Shown one piece after another: positions 9,648 to 20,591 of a stretch of DNA of 64,000 nt; position 1 is the first letter of the stretch; every line of letters starts with the position of its first letter. The position numbers and the translations under genes are program-made. Location of the stretch: contig CALRFD010000006.1 of assembly GCA_943356485.1 (NCBI GenBank), forward strand, positions 7,450 through 71,449. Reading direction: 5' to 3'. The DNA comes from Patescibacteria group bacterium. Lineage in GTDB: Bacteria > Patescibacteriota > Microgenomatia > Daviesbacterales > UBA10151. The notes beneath the pieces are model-generated. The model was not told the DNA's origin, made no database searches, and saw nothing but the letters and a program-made list of their open reading frames with translations.

Positions 9648-10452
9648 AAATCCAAAGATCAAAATTCAAAAGTCAAAAGTTGAAGAAAAAATTGAAAAAG
9701 CGCTGAAACCTGCTACAGCTAAAAAAGCTACAAATTTGTCTATACCTGCTTTTTCTTTGCTGGGAAAAGCAGATGGGACAATAGATTTGCCAAAGGAGAT
9801 CTTTGGAGTTTTAGTAAATAAAGCATTACTGTCTCAAACAGCCAGGGTTTATCTTAATAATCAAAAAACTATCACTGCTTCAACTAAAACCAGAGGTCAG
9901 GTTGAAGGATCCTCAGCTAAGATTTATGCTCAAAAAGGAACAGGTCGGGCAAGACACGGAAGTGTTAGGGCACCCATTTTTGTAGGTGGTGGTATAGTTT
10001 TTGGTCCAACTCCTCGAAAAGTAATAATGGAGTTACCTAAGAAGATGAAAAAAGCAGCTTTGATTTCTGCTTTATCTGATAAAGCAGCAGAGAAGAAAGT
10101 TTTAGGCTTAACAGGCTTAGATAAGACAACCGGTAAAACAAAAGAGATTGCTAGCCTTTTAACTAAATTATCTGATAAAAAGAAAAAGGAAAGCGTTTTA
10201 ATTTTAACTGATAAAAATACGGATAATGTTTTAAGAGCGGTGAGAAATCTTCCTACGGTGAGTGTCTTCTCGGTTGAGACAATTAATGCCTATGAAGTGC
10301 TGAAACATGATTTATTGCTATTAACAAAAGAGGCAGTTGATAAATTAGGCAAAAGAGAGTCAAGTGGCAAGAATGAAGAGTCAAGTGAAAAAGTAGAAAA
10401 AGCAAAAATAAAAGTAAAAACAAAAACAGGAAAGGAAAGTTCTAGACTCTAG
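9637..10452 (+). CDS. rplD: 50S ribosomal protein L4 with Lys-rich N- and C-terminal extensions
   Basis: Core ...AQKGTGRARHGSVRAPIFVGGG... typical L4; 271 aa versus ~205. Confidence 0.9.
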   Translation: MPVKNPKIKIQKSKVEEKIEKALKPATAKKATNLSIPAFSLLGKADGTIDLPKEIFGVLVNKALLSQTARVYLNNQKTITASTKTRGQVEGSSAKIYAQKGTGRARHGSVRAPIFVGGGIVFGPTPRKVIMELPKKMKKAALISALSDKAAEKKVLGLTGLDKTTGKTKEIASLLTKLSDKKKKESVLILTDKNTDNVLRAVRNLPTVSVFSVETINAYEVLKHDLLLLTKEAVDKLGKRESSGKNEESSEKVEKAKIKVKTKTGKESSRL

Positions 10453-10469
10453 CGACTAGCCACTAATTT

Positions 10470-10934
10470 ATGATTATTCTAAAACGACCGATTATAACTG
10501 AAAAATCAATGAGGCTTGCGTCCGCAGGACTCTATACTTTTGAGGTAGACAAAGACGCTACAAAGCCAATGGTTGCTCGAGCTGTGAAAGATAAATTTAA
10601 TGTGAGCGTTTTAAGCGTAAAAGTTATACGTATAAAGGGTCAAACAAAAACACAAAGAACAGTTCGGAAAAATTATAAAGCTAGTGATATTAAGAAAGCT
10701 TTGATTAAAGTGGGTATTGGTCAAAAAATAGCAATCTTTGAAACTCCAAAAGAAGAAGTAGTAGTTACAACAGCAGAAGGCGAGCCTATAATGCTTCGAG
10801 AAAAGAAAGATCTCTTAGGTAGAACCAAAGTAAAAGTTGAAAGAAGTCCTGCCCGCAATGCTTCGCAACGCGTTGCAGGTGGGGCAGTAGGGGCAGCTCC
10901 GACAACTCAAAGAAAGGTAATAACAGGGAAATAA
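10470..10934 (+). CDS. rplW: 50S ribosomal protein L23 (C-terminally extended)
   Basis: Typical L23 N-terminus; 154 aa versus ~95. Confidence 0.88.
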   Translation: MIILKRPIITEKSMRLASAGLYTFEVDKDATKPMVARAVKDKFNVSVLSVKVIRIKGQTKTQRTVRKNYKASDIKKALIKVGIGQKIAIFETPKEEVVVTTAEGEPIMLREKKDLLGRTKVKVERSPARNASQRVAGGAVGAAPTTQRKVITGK

Positions 10935-10938
10935 AGTC

Positions 10939-11703
10939 ATGAAAGTATTAAGTATCAAGAAGCCAAAAAATTTGAAACATTTGCTGAAGAAACATTCCGG
11001 TAGATCATCTGGTGGGATGGTGACTGTACGGGGTCAGGGTGGGAGACATAAGAGATATTATAGAGAGATTGATTTTAAAAGAGATAAATTTGGTGTTGAA
11101 GGTGAGGTTATGGCATTAGAATATGATCCAAACAGGAATGTAGATATAGCTTTGATTAAATATGCAGACGGTGAATTTAGATATATCCTGGCTCCAAAAG
11201 GATTAGGACAGGGAGAGAAGATAGTATCTGGTGAAAAAGTAGAGGTTAAATTAGGAAATGCTTTGAAGCTAAAAAATATTGCAATTGGAACTTTAGTGCA
11301 TAATGTGGAGTTAACTCCGGGACATGGAGGGCAAATTGGTAGATCAGCAGGAATAGGTATACAGATACTGGCAAAAGAAGGTGGATTTGCCCATTTGAAA
11401 ATGCCATCAACAGAGGTTAGAATGATACCCTTAGATTCTTTAGCTACTGTTGGGGTTTTGGGTAACGAAGAGATGAAGAGAATGGTGATTGGCTCGGCAG
11501 GTAGATCCAGACATATGGGTATTAAACCTACGGTTCGTGGTGTTGCTCAGGATCCGGATTCACATCCGCATGGTGGAGGAGAAGGCCGATCAGGCATAGG
11601 TCGTAAGAAGCCAATGACTAAATATGGCAGACCAGCAGTTGGAAAAACCAGAAAAAAGACTAAGCAAAGTAGCAAGTATGTCATAAAAAGGAGGAAACCA
11701 TAA
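10939..11703 (+). CDS. rplB: 50S ribosomal protein L2
   Basis: GRSSGGMVTVRGQGGRHKRYYREIDFKR... and conserved GSAGRSRHMGIKPTVRG. Confidence 0.93.
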   Translation: MKVLSIKKPKNLKHLLKKHSGRSSGGMVTVRGQGGRHKRYYREIDFKRDKFGVEGEVMALEYDPNRNVDIALIKYADGEFRYILAPKGLGQGEKIVSGEKVEVKLGNALKLKNIAIGTLVHNVELTPGHGGQIGRSAGIGIQILAKEGGFAHLKMPSTEVRMIPLDSLATVGVLGNEEMKRMVIGSAGRSRHMGIKPTVRGVAQDPDSHPHGGGEGRSGIGRKKPMTKYGRPAVGKTRKKTKQSSKYVIKRRKP

Positions 11704-11712
11704 AATAAAAAT

Positions 11713-11997
11713 ATGAGTAGATCTATTAAAAAAGGACCATATATTGATGAAAAATTAATGAAAAAAGTGATGATGCAAAAACAAGGTGGCTCTAAAAATG
11801 CTATCAAAACTTGGGCAAGAAGATCACAAATCCCACCTGAATTTGTTGGTGTAACATTTTTGGTGCATCAAGGTAAGAATTTTGTAACTGTATTCGTATC
11901 TGAATCAATGGTAGGCCATAGATTAGGTGAATTTGCACCAACAAGAACTTTTAGAGGTCATGGAAAGGTGACAGAGAAGAGTACATCAAAGACATAA
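11713..11997 (+). CDS. rpsS: 30S ribosomal protein S19
   Basis: [19 protein letters not shown]... typical S19. Confidence 0.93.
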   Translation: MSRSIKKGPYIDEKLMKKVMMQKQGGSKNAIKTWARRSQIPPEFVGVTFLVHQGKNFVTVFVSESMVGHRLGEFAPTRTFRGHGKVTEKSTSKT

Positions 11998-12005
11998 AGG
12001 AAAAT

Positions 12006-12431
12006 ATGGAAGTACAAACTATACAAAGATATATCCACAGTAGTCCCCGTAAATTGAGGTTAGTTGCTGATATGGTTAGAAAGATGGCGCCTGTTAGCGC
12101 CTTGAGGATTTTGAGAATTACACCAAAGTATGCAGCGAAGGATCTCTCAAAAGCAATTGAGACAGTCCTGGCAAATGCAAAGCAGCAAGGTATTGATGAA
12201 AATGTTTTATCTTTCAAAAAGCTGGAGGTTGATGAAAGTGTTAAGATGCGAAGATTTCATGCAGGAACAAGAGGAAGGGTTAAGCCTTTCAAGAGAAAGA
12301 TGGCGCATATTAAGATAGTTGTCAGTGACCAGGTTACAGTTAACAGTAAAAAGCAAGTTTCAAATAAAAAAGTAAGTGTAGCTCCTGCTAAGGCAGTAGA
12401 AAAGCTTGAAGAAATAAAGGAGACAAAGTAA
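12006..12431 (+). CDS. rplV: 50S ribosomal protein L22 (Lys-rich C-terminal tail)
   Basis: Typical L22 core; the tail carries a KVSNKKV segment also present in L29. Confidence 0.9.
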   Translation: MEVQTIQRYIHSSPRKLRLVADMVRKMAPVSALRILRITPKYAAKDLSKAIETVLANAKQQGIDENVLSFKKLEVDESVKMRRFHAGTRGRVKPFKRKMAHIKIVVSDQVTVNSKKQVSNKKVSVAPAKAVEKLEEIKETK

Positions 12432-13073
12432 ATGGGACAAAAGATTCATCCAGTAGGTTTTAGAATGGGAATATCCTCGACATGGAAGTCCCGTTGGTTT
12501 GCTCAAGGGTTAAAATACCAGACAAACGTATTAGAGGATATAAAGATCCGGGATATTTTAATGAAGAAATTAAAGCCGGCTGGTATACATTCGATTGAGA
12601 TAGAGAGGGCAGTTAATAAACTGAAAGTAATACTTTTTGTTTCGCGGCCGGGAGTATTGATTGGTAGAGGTGGAAGCGGTTTAAGTGAGCTAAAGAAGTT
12701 TTTGATGAAAAGTTTAAAGATTAAAGAAGAAAATGCTCTAGAAATTATGCCAATGGAGATTAAATCTGCAGATCTGTCATCTTATTTAGTCGCACAAAAT
12801 ATAGCAGAGCAGTTAATAAGAAGGATGCCTGCGCAAAGAATTATGAATCAATCAATTGATAGAGTGATGAGAGCTGGAGCTAAAGGTGTTAGAATTGTCC
12901 TTTCTGGAAGAATTGGTGGGGCTGAGATTGCCAGACGTGAATGGAAAGCATCTGGTACAATGCCTCTCCATACTTTAAGAGCAGACATAGATTTCTCCAT
13001 CTACCCGGCGCTAACAAAGTCCGGATATGTTGGTGTAAAAGTTTGGATTAACAAAGGGGAGGTTAGTATATAA
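12432..13073 (+). CDS. rpsC: 30S ribosomal protein S3
   Basis: [14 protein letters not shown]... with KH and S3-C domains. Confidence 0.93.
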   Translation: MGQKIHPVGFRMGISSTWKSRWFAQGLKYQTNVLEDIKIRDILMKKLKPAGIHSIEIERAVNKLKVILFVSRPGVLIGRGGSGLSELKKFLMKSLKIKEENALEIMPMEIKSADLSSYLVAQNIAEQLIRRMPAQRIMNQSIDRVMRAGAKGVRIVLSGRIGGAEIARREWKASGTMPLHTLRADIDFSIYPALTKSGYVGVKVWINKGEVSI

Positions 13074-13074
13074 T

Positions 13075-13494
13075 ATGGCGCTGCTGCAACCAAGTAGAAC
13101 GAAGCATCGAAAAATGTTTAAAGGCAAAAGAACTGGTGTTGCAACCAGAGGTAGTGCAATCTCTTTTGGTACATTTGGGCTGAAGGCTATGGAATGCGGG
13201 TGGATTAGTGCTAGACAGATTGAATCAGCCCGCCGGGCTATGGCTCATTTTACACAAAGAGGCGGACGTATTTGGATTAGGATTTTTCCGGATAAACCTA
13301 TAACCAAACATCCGGCAGAGTCCAGAATGGGTTCTGGAAAAGGTGACGTTGAAGGTTATGTAGCAGTGATCAAACCAGGTCAGCTAATCTTTGAAATGGG
13401 AGCTGTCACAAAAGATATAGCAACAGAGGCATTAAGGCTGGCTGCGCATAAGTTGCCACTCGATACAAGGTTTGTAGAAAAAGGAATTAACTAA
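13075..13494 (+). CDS. rplP: 50S ribosomal protein L16
   Basis: [17 protein letters not shown]... typical L16. Confidence 0.93.
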   Translation: MALLQPSRTKHRKMFKGKRTGVATRGSAISFGTFGLKAMECGWISARQIESARRAMAHFTQRGGRIWIRIFPDKPITKHPAESRMGSGKGDVEGYVAVIKPGQLIFEMGAVTKDIATEALRLAAHKLPLDTRFVEKGIN

Positions 13495-13495
13495 A

Positions 13496-13798
13496 ATGAA
13501 GAAAAACGAATTTGTGATTATTAAAGGACTTAGTATAAAAGAATTAAAGCAAAAGGCTAAAATTTTTAAAAAAGAAATAGCAGATTTGAATATGGATAAA
13601 AATATGAAGAAACTGAAGGATTTAAAATCCATTGATAAAAAAAGAAAAGACTTAGCTCAGGTTCTAACTGTGTTGAATCAAAAAGAACTTTTAGCAAAAT
13701 TGGAACCGAAAGCAGTGTCAAGTGAAGAGAAAAAAGTGTCAAATAAAAAAGTAGCAAAAATAAAAACAAAAGTAGGAAAGGAGAGTACTAGTCTCTAG
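13496..13798 (+). CDS. rpmC: 50S ribosomal protein L29 with Lys-rich C-terminal extension
   Basis: L29 N-terminal helix; 100 aa versus ~65; the tail and 3' junction duplicate the L4 tail. Confidence 0.8.
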   Translation: MKKNEFVIIKGLSIKELKQKAKIFKKEIADLNMDKNMKKLKDLKSIDKKRKDLAQVLTVLNQKELLAKLEPKAVSSEEKKVSNKKVAKIKTKVGKESTSL

Positions 13799-13823
13799 AC
13801 TCTAGCGACTAGCCACTAACTAT

Positions 13824-14303
13824 ATGACCGGACGAGTAGTATCAATAAAATTAAAAAATACAGCAACTGTTTTAGTCAGCAGAATAGCTATGCATCCTTT
13901 GTACAAAAAGACCTATGTTCGAACTAAAAGATTTTTGGTTGATGATCAAATTGGGGTTAAAGATGGGGATATTGTTGAGATTATAAAATGTAAACCAATA
14001 TCTAGGAATAAGCATTGGAGAATAGTTAAGGTTACCGGTGCAAATTTACAAGAGATAGCAGAAGCTAAACTAAAACAGGCAGCTGCAGAGGTCATCTCTG
14101 AAGCCATGCCGGTAGAGAAAAAAATGACAAGTGTCCCGCCTGTCGGCAGGCAGGTAATGCCAAAGGAAAAAATTTCAGAAAACTCTGAAAAACCGGGAGA
14201 GTCAGAGGATCAGAACGTCAGTGAATCTGATAGTTCTGACAAATCTGATACACAGAGTCATTCTGATAAGAAAAAAACCGGTAAAAAGAAAGAGATAAAA
14301 TAA
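13824..14303 (+). CDS. rpsQ: 30S ribosomal protein S17 with ~70-aa acidic C-terminal extension
   Basis: S17 OB-fold core (...[10 protein letters not shown]...); the tail [25 protein letters not shown]... is homologous at DNA level to the L3 tail. Confidence 0.88.
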   Translation: MTGRVVSIKLKNTATVLVSRIAMHPLYKKTYVRTKRFLVDDQIGVKDGDIVEIIKCKPISRNKHWRIVKVTGANLQEIAEAKLKQAAAEVISEAMPVEKKMTSVPPVGRQVMPKEKISENSEKPGESEDQNVSESDSSDKSDTQSHSDKKKTGKKKEIK

Positions 14304-14304
14304 T

Positions 14305-14673
14305 ATGGTTCAACACAGAACAATGTTAAATGTTGCGGATAATTCAGGAGCCAAAATTTTGATGGTGATACAGCCACTGGGAGGATCAGGTAAACGTAAG
14401 GCGACTTTGGGTCAAAAAGTAGTTGCAGTTGTTAAAGGAGCAAATCCAAATGGTCAGGTAAAAGATCATGAAGTAGTCAAGGTTGTGATAGTTAGATGTA
14501 AGAAAGAGTTGAGACGTGACGATGGCTCATATATAAAATTTGACGATAATGCCGGAGTTGTTATTGATAATGATGGAAATTTGCGCTCAACTAGAATTTT
14601 CGGGCCAATTGCCCGTGAGGTTCGTGACAGCGGATATACGAAGATCGTATCCCTAGCACAGGAGGTATGGTAA
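14305..14673 (+). CDS. rplN: 50S ribosomal protein L14
   Basis: ...NVADNSGAK... typical L14, 122 aa. Confidence 0.93.
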   Translation: MVQHRTMLNVADNSGAKILMVIQPLGGSGKRKATLGQKVVAVVKGANPNGQVKDHEVVKVVIVRCKKELRRDDGSYIKFDDNAGVVIDNDGNLRSTRIFGPIAREVRDSGYTKIVSLAQEVW

Positions 14674-14677
14674 AAAT

Positions 14678-15010
14678 ATGAATTTAAAAATGAACATTGT
14701 AAAAACAAAACTAAAAAAAGGGGATAGTGTTAAAATCCTTCTTGGAAAAGATAGTGGAAAAACAGGGAAAATAGAAAAAGTTTTGAATAAGAATGGGAGA
14801 GTTTTTGTTGGAGGGGTGAACCTGTATAAAAGGCATGTAAAGAAAATGGGAGATATGGAAGGTGGGATTATAGATTTGCCAAAATCCCTGCAGTTATCAA
14901 ATGTAGGACTAATTTGTCCTAACTGCAGCAAGGTAACAAGAATTGGCCTTAAGATGGATGGAGCCACAAAGGTGAGATTTTGCAGAAAATGTAAAAAGGA
15001 GATTAAATAA
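14678..15010 (+). CDS. rplX: 50S ribosomal protein L24 with C-terminal CxxC...CxxC zinc-ribbon
   Basis: KOW domain (KKGDSVKILLGKDSGKTGKI) plus CPNCSK...CRKCKK. Confidence 0.88.
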   Translation: MNLKMNIVKTKLKKGDSVKILLGKDSGKTGKIEKVLNKNGRVFVGGVNLYKRHVKKMGDMEGGIIDLPKSLQLSNVGLICPNCSKVTRIGLKMDGATKVRFCRKCKKEIK

Positions 15011-15014
15011 TTAT

Positions 15015-15566
15015 ATGAACAGATTAAAAGAAAAATATATAAATGAAGTTGTTAAGAAGCTACAGGATGAACTTGGCTTAAAAAATAAGCTATCGGTGCC
15101 AGCTATAAAAAAGGTTGTTATTAGTATGGGGTTGGGGGAGGCAAAGGATAACGCTTCAGTTATAGATAAGGCAAAGATCTATCTAACAGCTTTGGCTGGT
15201 CAAAAACCAATGGTAACTGTAGCTAAGAAATCTATAGCCGCCTTTAAAGTAACTCAAGGTCAACCTATAGGTATGATGGTGACCCTAAGGGGTGATAGAA
15301 TGTATTCTTTCTTAGATAAATTAATAAACGTAGTGTTGCCGAAGGTAAGGGATTTTCGAGGGATTTCAGACAAGTCATTTGATGGTTTCGGTAATTTAAA
15401 CATGGGATTTAAAGAACAAACTATTTTTGCAGAAGTTGATTATAAGACAGTTGATAAAACTAGAGGTATGGCTATCACTATTACAACGACAGCTAAAAAT
15501 AAGGATCAGGGTAAAAAATTGCTGGAAGGTTTGGGCATGCCGTTTACAAAAGGAGGTATATCGTAA
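15015..15566 (+). CDS. rplE: 50S ribosomal protein L5
   Basis: Typical L5, 183 aa. Confidence 0.93.
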   Translation: MNRLKEKYINEVVKKLQDELGLKNKLSVPAIKKVVISMGLGEAKDNASVIDKAKIYLTALAGQKPMVTVAKKSIAAFKVTQGQPIGMMVTLRGDRMYSFLDKLINVVLPKVRDFRGISDKSFDGFGNLNMGFKEQTIFAEVDYKTVDKTRGMAITITTTAKNKDQGKKLLEGLGMPFTKGGIS

Positions 15567-15628
15567 ATAGTATATTGCACATCGTTTTAACGATTAACCA
15601 TAAACTATATACAATAAACTAAAAAATT

Positions 15629-15808
15629 ATGGCAAAAGTATCAAATGTAGTAAAAACAAAAGTTAAATTTGAGGTTCAAAAAAAGAGTAGATGTAAAAGA
15701 TGCGGTAGAGCCCATGGGTACATCAGAAAATTTGGACTGTGTAGACTTTGTTTTAGAGAGTTAGCTCACGAAGGGCTATTGCCCGGTGTGAAGAAAGCGA
15801 GTTGGTAA
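15629..15808 (+). CDS. rpsZ: 30S ribosomal protein S14 type Z (zinc-binding, 59 aa)
   Basis: Hand translation: [59 protein letters not shown]. Not in the ORF track because it is under 60 aa. Confidence 0.9.
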   Translation: MAKVSNVVKTKVKFEVQKKSRCKRCGRAHGYIRKFGLCRLCFRELAHEGLLPGVKKASW

Positions 15809-15812
15809 AGTT

Positions 15813-16187
15813 ATGGATCCAGTAGCAGATGCATTAATAAGAATAAAAAATGGTTACAATGTTGGTAAAGTTTCAGTAGAAATTAAATTTTCTAATCTGA
15901 TCTTAAAATTGATGGAAGTATTAAGAGAGTCAGGTTATATTGGAAAGATTGAGAAACAGGATAGACAAATTATAGTTGAACTGCGGTATGAAGCAAGGAA
16001 GCCTGCCTTAACTGATGTCAGACGAGTTTCAAGACCATCTCTGAGGATTTATAAAGGAGTCAAGAGTCTGCCGAGGGTTTTGAATGGTTTAGGAATTGCA
16101 GTCATCTCAACACCTAAAGGTTTGATGACAGATAAGCAAGCACGAAAACAAAGATTAGGAGGAGAGGTATTAGCCCTCGTATGGTAA
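15813..16187 (+). CDS. rpsH: 30S ribosomal protein S8
   Basis: MDPVADALIRIKNG... typical S8. Confidence 0.93.
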   Translation: MDPVADALIRIKNGYNVGKVSVEIKFSNLILKLMEVLRESGYIGKIEKQDRQIIVELRYEARKPALTDVRRVSRPSLRIYKGVKSLPRVLNGLGIAVISTPKGLMTDKQARKQRLGGEVLALVW

Positions 16188-16188
16188 T

Positions 16189-16749
16189 ATGTCGAGAATA
16201 GGAAATGCACCAATATTAATACCGGCTTCCGTTTCAGTAGAAAAGACTGAAAGGGAAATTTCGGTGACCGGATCAAAAGGCAGTTTAAAGATGGAATTTG
16301 ATCAGTTAGTTGATGTCCAAATTGCAGACGGAGTAGTTAATGTTAAAAGAAAAAATGATCTGAAAAAAGTTAAATCTCTACATGGTTTAACAAGAAGTCT
16401 AATTGCAAATATGATAAATGGTGTAACTACTGGTTGGGATAAGACTTTGGAGTTAGTAGGAGTTGGTTTCAGGGCGCAGGTTAATGGTAATAAATTAGTT
16501 TTAAATGTAGGTTTTTCTCATCAGGTTGAGATAGAGGCACCTGAAGGAATAAAATTTGAAGTAATAGATAATGTAAAACTTAAAGTGTCTGGAATTGATA
16601 AACAATTGGTAGGGCAGATAGCTGCAAACATTAAAAAAGTTAGGATTCCAGATGTGTATAAAGGTAAGGGCATAAGATATTCAGGTGAATATATCAGGAA
16701 AAAAGTTGGAAAAAGCGCTAAAGTTGGTGCAACAGGAGGAGCTAAGTAA
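16189..16749 (+). CDS. rplF: 50S ribosomal protein L6
   Basis: MSRIGNAPILIP... typical L6. Confidence 0.93.
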   Translation: MSRIGNAPILIPASVSVEKTEREISVTGSKGSLKMEFDQLVDVQIADGVVNVKRKNDLKKVKSLHGLTRSLIANMINGVTTGWDKTLELVGVGFRAQVNGNKLVLNVGFSHQVEIEAPEGIKFEVIDNVKLKVSGIDKQLVGQIAANIKKVRIPDVYKGKGIRYSGEYIRKKVGKSAKVGATGGAK

Positions 16750-17081
16750 TGGAAAAATTAAGTAGAGTTAGACGACATAAAACAATAAGAAAGCATCTGA
16801 TTGGTACGAGCGATCGTCCAAGGCTCGCAGTCTTTAGATCTAATCAACATATCTATGCACAGATAATTGATGACAGTCTTGGGAAGACTTTGGTATCAGG
16901 TTCTGATATGAAACAAACAGGGACTAAAAAGCAAAGAGCATATAATTTAGGTAAGAGTTTAGCAGAGAAAGCGCTAAAATCTCAAATCAAAACAATAGTT
17001 TTTGATAGAGGTGGTTTTTTATATCAGGGTAGAATTGCAGAAATTGCCAGAGGTGCCAGAGAAGGAGGGTTATTATTCTAA
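16749..17081 (+). CDS. rplR: 50S ribosomal protein L18
   Basis: ...[20 protein letters not shown]... typical L18. Confidence 0.93.
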   Translation: MEKLSRVRRHKTIRKHLIGTSDRPRLAVFRSNQHIYAQIIDDSLGKTLVSGSDMKQTGTKKQRAYNLGKSLAEKALKSQIKTIVFDRGGFLYQGRIAEIARGAREGGLLF

Positions 17082-17581
17082 TGAATATAAATAATCAACG
17101 TGACCAACAATCAGAATATTTTGAAAGGGTGGTTCAGGTTAATCGGGTTTCGAAAAAGACTAAAGGTGGGGATAAAAGATCATTGTCCGTTTTAGTGGTG
17201 GTGGGAGATAGAAAAGGAAAGGTGGGAGTTGGATTAGGTAAAGCCGCAGAAGTGCAATCAGCTGTTCGTAAAGCCACGAGCTATGCTAAAAGGCATATGA
17301 TAGATGTGCCGCTTCGAGGTACAACTATTCCTCATCAGATTTTAGTTAAAAGCGGGGCAGCTATTGTATTGCTTAAGCCCGCTCCTCTTGGAACCGGAGT
17401 CATTGCAGGCGGTGCCGTGAGAGTAGTAGTTGAGGCAGCAGGAATACATGATATTGTTTCTAAATCTCTAGGAACAGAAAACAAAGCCTCAAATGTATAT
17501 GCAACAATGGAGGCTTTATCTAAACTAAAGAAAGTAGTGATAAAGGCTGAAACTGGCGATAAAAAGGATAAGAAAGACTAA
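17081..17581 (+). CDS. rpsE: 30S ribosomal protein S5
   Basis: ...[14 protein letters not shown]... typical S5. Confidence 0.93.
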   Translation: MNINNQRDQQSEYFERVVQVNRVSKKTKGGDKRSLSVLVVVGDRKGKVGVGLGKAAEVQSAVRKATSYAKRHMIDVPLRGTTIPHQILVKSGAAIVLLKPAPLGTGVIAGGAVRVVVEAAGIHDIVSKSLGTENKASNVYATMEALSKLKKVVIKAETGDKKDKKD

Positions 17582-17584
17582 GTT

Positions 17585-18022
17585 ATGAAACTACACACTT
17601 TAATTAAAAGTAAAACAGGTATGAAGAAAAGAGTTGGAAGAGGAATTGGCTCTGGTCTTGGGAAAACTGCCGGAAGGGGGACGAAAGGTCAAAAGGCAAG
17701 AGGTAGCGTTCCAGCTGGATTTACCGGTTCCGGTTTACCTTTGTATAAAAAACTACCTCTAAAAAGAGGTTTGGGAAATACAGTCCTAGCTAAAAAATTA
17801 ATCCCTGTAAATCTCTCAAGTTTGAATGTTTTCAAGGATAAGACTGTAGTGGATATGGATTCTCTGTTAGGTGCAAACATTATTAATAAAAAAGATCTTA
17901 AAAAAGGAGTGAAGATTTTAGGTCATGGTGAACTCAATTCCGCGTTAACTATCAAACTGCCGTCTTCTGCAAGTGCTCGAAAGAAGATAGAAAAGATAGG
18001 CGGAAAGGTTGTAGATGTCTAA
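17585..18022 (+). CDS. rplO: 50S ribosomal protein L15 (no L30 gene between rpsE and rplO)
   Basis: ...[26 protein letters not shown]... typical L15. Confidence 0.92.
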   Translation: MKLHTLIKSKTGMKKRVGRGIGSGLGKTAGRGTKGQKARGSVPAGFTGSGLPLYKKLPLKRGLGNTVLAKKLIPVNLSSLNVFKDKTVVDMDSLLGANIINKKDLKKGVKILGHGELNSALTIKLPSSASARKKIEKIGGKVVDV

Positions 18023-19307
18023 TATATTATCTCCCATAATATCTGCGTTTAAAATTAAAGAATTAAGAAATAAAATCCTCGTAACAACACTCATTATAAT
18101 AATTTTTAGAATAGCCTCACACATACCGGTTTCAGGAGTTGATTTAGCTGCCCTGCAGCAGCTTTTTTCCTCAAATCAATTTTTAGGACTTCTGGATATA
18201 TTTTCCGGGGGAACGCTGGCTAATTTTTCAATTATATCCTTAGGACTTAATCCCTACATTAATGCCTCGATAATATTTCAGCTCTTAACAATGATTATTC
18301 CCTCCCTTGAGGCTCTGTCAAAAGAAGGTCAGAGCGGAACGGAATTAATTAACCAGTATACAAGATATTTGACAGTTCCTTTAGCAGTACTACAATCCAT
18401 AGGTATGTTTGTACTGCTTAAAAACCAGGGGGTATTAAGTCAGGTTACTCCAATTCAAATTGCGGCAATAATAGTTGGCATGAGTGCAGGTACAATATTT
18501 TTAATGTGGCTTGGGGAACTAATTACAGAGTATGGAATTGGTAACGGAATATCATTGATAATATTTGCCGGAATTATAGCCAGAGTTCCGGTGGTATTTA
18601 CGCAGACTGCTTCACTGCTCGACCAAACCCAAATTTTAAATATCTTATTTTTTGTAGCAATGGCTATTTTAGTTATAGCTGGGGTGGTATTTGTAAATGA
18701 GGGAAGAAGACAAATTACAGTCCAATATGCCAGAAGATTTATCGGAGGAAGGGAAGTAAAAGCCGGAGCTCAAACATATATCCCACTGAGAGTTAATCAA
18801 GCCGGAGTAATCCCAATTATTTTTGCTGTATCACTTGTTTTAGTGCCGTCTTTTGCCGGAACATATTTGGCACAACTTCCTCAACCTCAACTCTCAGCTA
18901 TAGGCAGACTTTTAGCTGCAAATTTTAATCCGGGAAGCATTACTTACAACATAATTTATTTTATTCTGGTAGTTGGTTTTACGTTTTTTTATACGGCAGT
19001 GATATTTAATCCAACAAAGGTATCCGATGAGATTAAAAAATACGGCGGGTTTTTACCCGGGATCAGGCCAGGTGAGCAGACGGCTGCTTTTTTAAATTAC
19101 GTAATGGTCAGAATCACTTTGGCCGGGGCTTTATTTTTAGGAACGATTGCAATTTTACCTTCTATTGCTTCGCAAATAACCGGGATTAAAACGCTTATTT
19201 TAGGTGGAACAGGACTATTAATCGTTGTGTCAGTTATTTTGGACACCGCCAAGCAGTTTGAGTCTAAATTGATTGAGAAAAGTTATGAGGTATTTGCAAG
19301 AAGATGA
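18015..19307 (+). CDS. secY: protein translocase subunit SecY
   Basis: 10-TM protein, 430 aa, canonical position after rplO. Confidence 0.93.
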   Translation: MSNILSPIISAFKIKELRNKILVTTLIIIIFRIASHIPVSGVDLAALQQLFSSNQFLGLLDIFSGGTLANFSIISLGLNPYINASIIFQLLTMIIPSLEALSKEGQSGTELINQYTRYLTVPLAVLQSIGMFVLLKNQGVLSQVTPIQIAAIIVGMSAGTIFLMWLGELITEYGIGNGISLIIFAGIIARVPVVFTQTASLLDQTQILNILFFVAMAILVIAGVVFVNEGRRQITVQYARRFIGGREVKAGAQTYIPLRVNQAGVIPIIFAVSLVLVPSFAGTYLAQLPQPQLSAIGRLLAANFNPGSITYNIIYFILVVGFTFFYTAVIFNPTKVSDEIKKYGGFLPGIRPGEQTAAFLNYVMVRITLAGALFLGTIAILPSIASQITGIKTLILGGTGLLIVVSVILDTAKQFESKLIEKSYEVFARR

Positions 19308-19834
19308 TGCGCAGAATTTTACTTATTGGTCCGCAAGGAAGCGGGAAGTCCACTCAAGCCGACTTACTGTCTCAATTTTTAAATATTCCAAAAATCTCTA
19401 CAGGGGATATTTTCAGAGATCTATCGAAGGAAAATAGTGAGCAGGCTGCAAAAGTAAAAGAGATTTTGGATCAAGGAAGATTGGTCGATGATACTCTAAC
19501 AGCCACAATTGTCAAAAATAGGCTGCAAGAAACAGATTGTCAGAATGGTTTTATAATGGATGGGTATCCAAGAAATATTCATCAGGTGCAGTTGTTCGAC
19601 CCAGGGTTTCAAAAGATAATTTATTTAAAAACCCCCAAAGAAGAATTACTTAAAAGGCTTATGGCAAGAGGTAGGGCGGATGATACAAGGGAGGCAATTA
19701 ACACCAGGTTGGATTTATATTTTAGTCAGACGCAACCCTTGCTAGATTATTATAAAAACCAGGGAATATTAGTGGAAGTTTCGGGAATAGGGGATGTAAG
19801 TCAAATACAAAATGAAATCAAGAAATCGATATGA
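19304..19834 (+). CDS. adk: adenylate kinase (short-lid type)
   Basis: P-loop [18 protein letters not shown]...; 176 aa. Confidence 0.88.
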   Translation: MMRRILLIGPQGSGKSTQADLLSQFLNIPKISTGDIFRDLSKENSEQAAKVKEILDQGRLVDDTLTATIVKNRLQETDCQNGFIMDGYPRNIHQVQLFDPGFQKIIYLKTPKEELLKRLMARGRADDTREAINTRLDLYFSQTQPLLDYYKNQGILVEVSGIGDVSQIQNEIKKSI

Positions 19835-20591
19835 ATTAAATTTAATGAGAAAAAGCGGGGAAATTGCAGCCGCGGCTTTGAAAAAAGCTATGGAATCTAT
19901 TAATATCGGTGTAACTGAGGTAGAAGTTGACAGGGCAGTTGAAAAAGAGATTTATCGACTGGGAGGGGATTTATCATATAAAACAGTTCCCGGGTATAAG
20001 TATGCAACCTGTATAACGGTGAATGAAGAAGTTGTGCATGGCATTCCGACTGAGAGAAAGTTTCAGGCAGGAGATTTAGTATCTGTAGATTTAGCGGTGA
20101 TGTATAAAGGCTGGCATACAGATTGTGCATGGAGTGTGTTAGTAAAGGGTAAAGGGGAAAGCGTTAAGGGGAAAGAATGGGGGGAGAAGAAGAAATTTTT
20201 GGAAGTAGGGCAACAGGCTCTGTGGGATGGAATAACTCAAGCTGTGGAAGGAAATAGAGTTGGGGATATCTCTTTTGCAATTCAGCAAAAAGTAGAAGAA
20301 GAGGGATATAAGGTGGTACATTCCTTAGTAGGTCATGGGGTTGGAAAGAGCTTACATGAAGATCCTGAGATACCGGGTTACGGAAAACCAGGAACAGGCT
20401 TGGTTTTAAAAGAAGGAATGACACTGGCAATAGAGGTCATCTATGCTAAAAGTTCGTCTGAAGTTGTTTTAGCTTCTGATGGTTGGACCTATCTTTCTAG
20501 TGATGGATCTTGGGGAGGGCTTTTTGAAATGAGTGTAATAGTGGGCAAAAAAGAAGCTGAAGTCTTAACCCGCCTGCCAAAGACTGGCTAG
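19812..20591 (+). CDS. map: methionine aminopeptidase type I; last codons (RLPKTG*) contributed by a GC-rich palindromic insert
   Basis: Pita-bread fold motifs (VHGIP, HSLVGHGVG); the 3' end overlaps repeat family A. Confidence 0.9.
   Translation: MKSRNRYELNLMRKSGEIAAAALKKAMESINIGVTEVEVDRAVEKEIYRLGGDLSYKTVPGYKYATCITVNEEVVHGIPTERKFQAGDLVSVDLAVMYKGWHTDCAWSVLVKGKGESVKGKEWGEKKKFLEVGQQALWDGITQAVEGNRVGDISFAIQQKVEEEGYKVVHSLVGHGVGKSLHEDPEIPGYGKPGTGLVLKEGMTLAIEVIYAKSSSEVVLASDGWTYLSSDGSWGGLFEMSVIVGKKEAEVLTRLPKTG

Noticed and set aside
20568-20591. LPKTG sortase-like motif at the C-terminus of Map and inside RecJ.
   Set aside because: Encoded by the repeated palindromic element in cytoplasmic enzymes lacking signal peptides and TM anchors; a by-product of the repeat, not a sorting signal.
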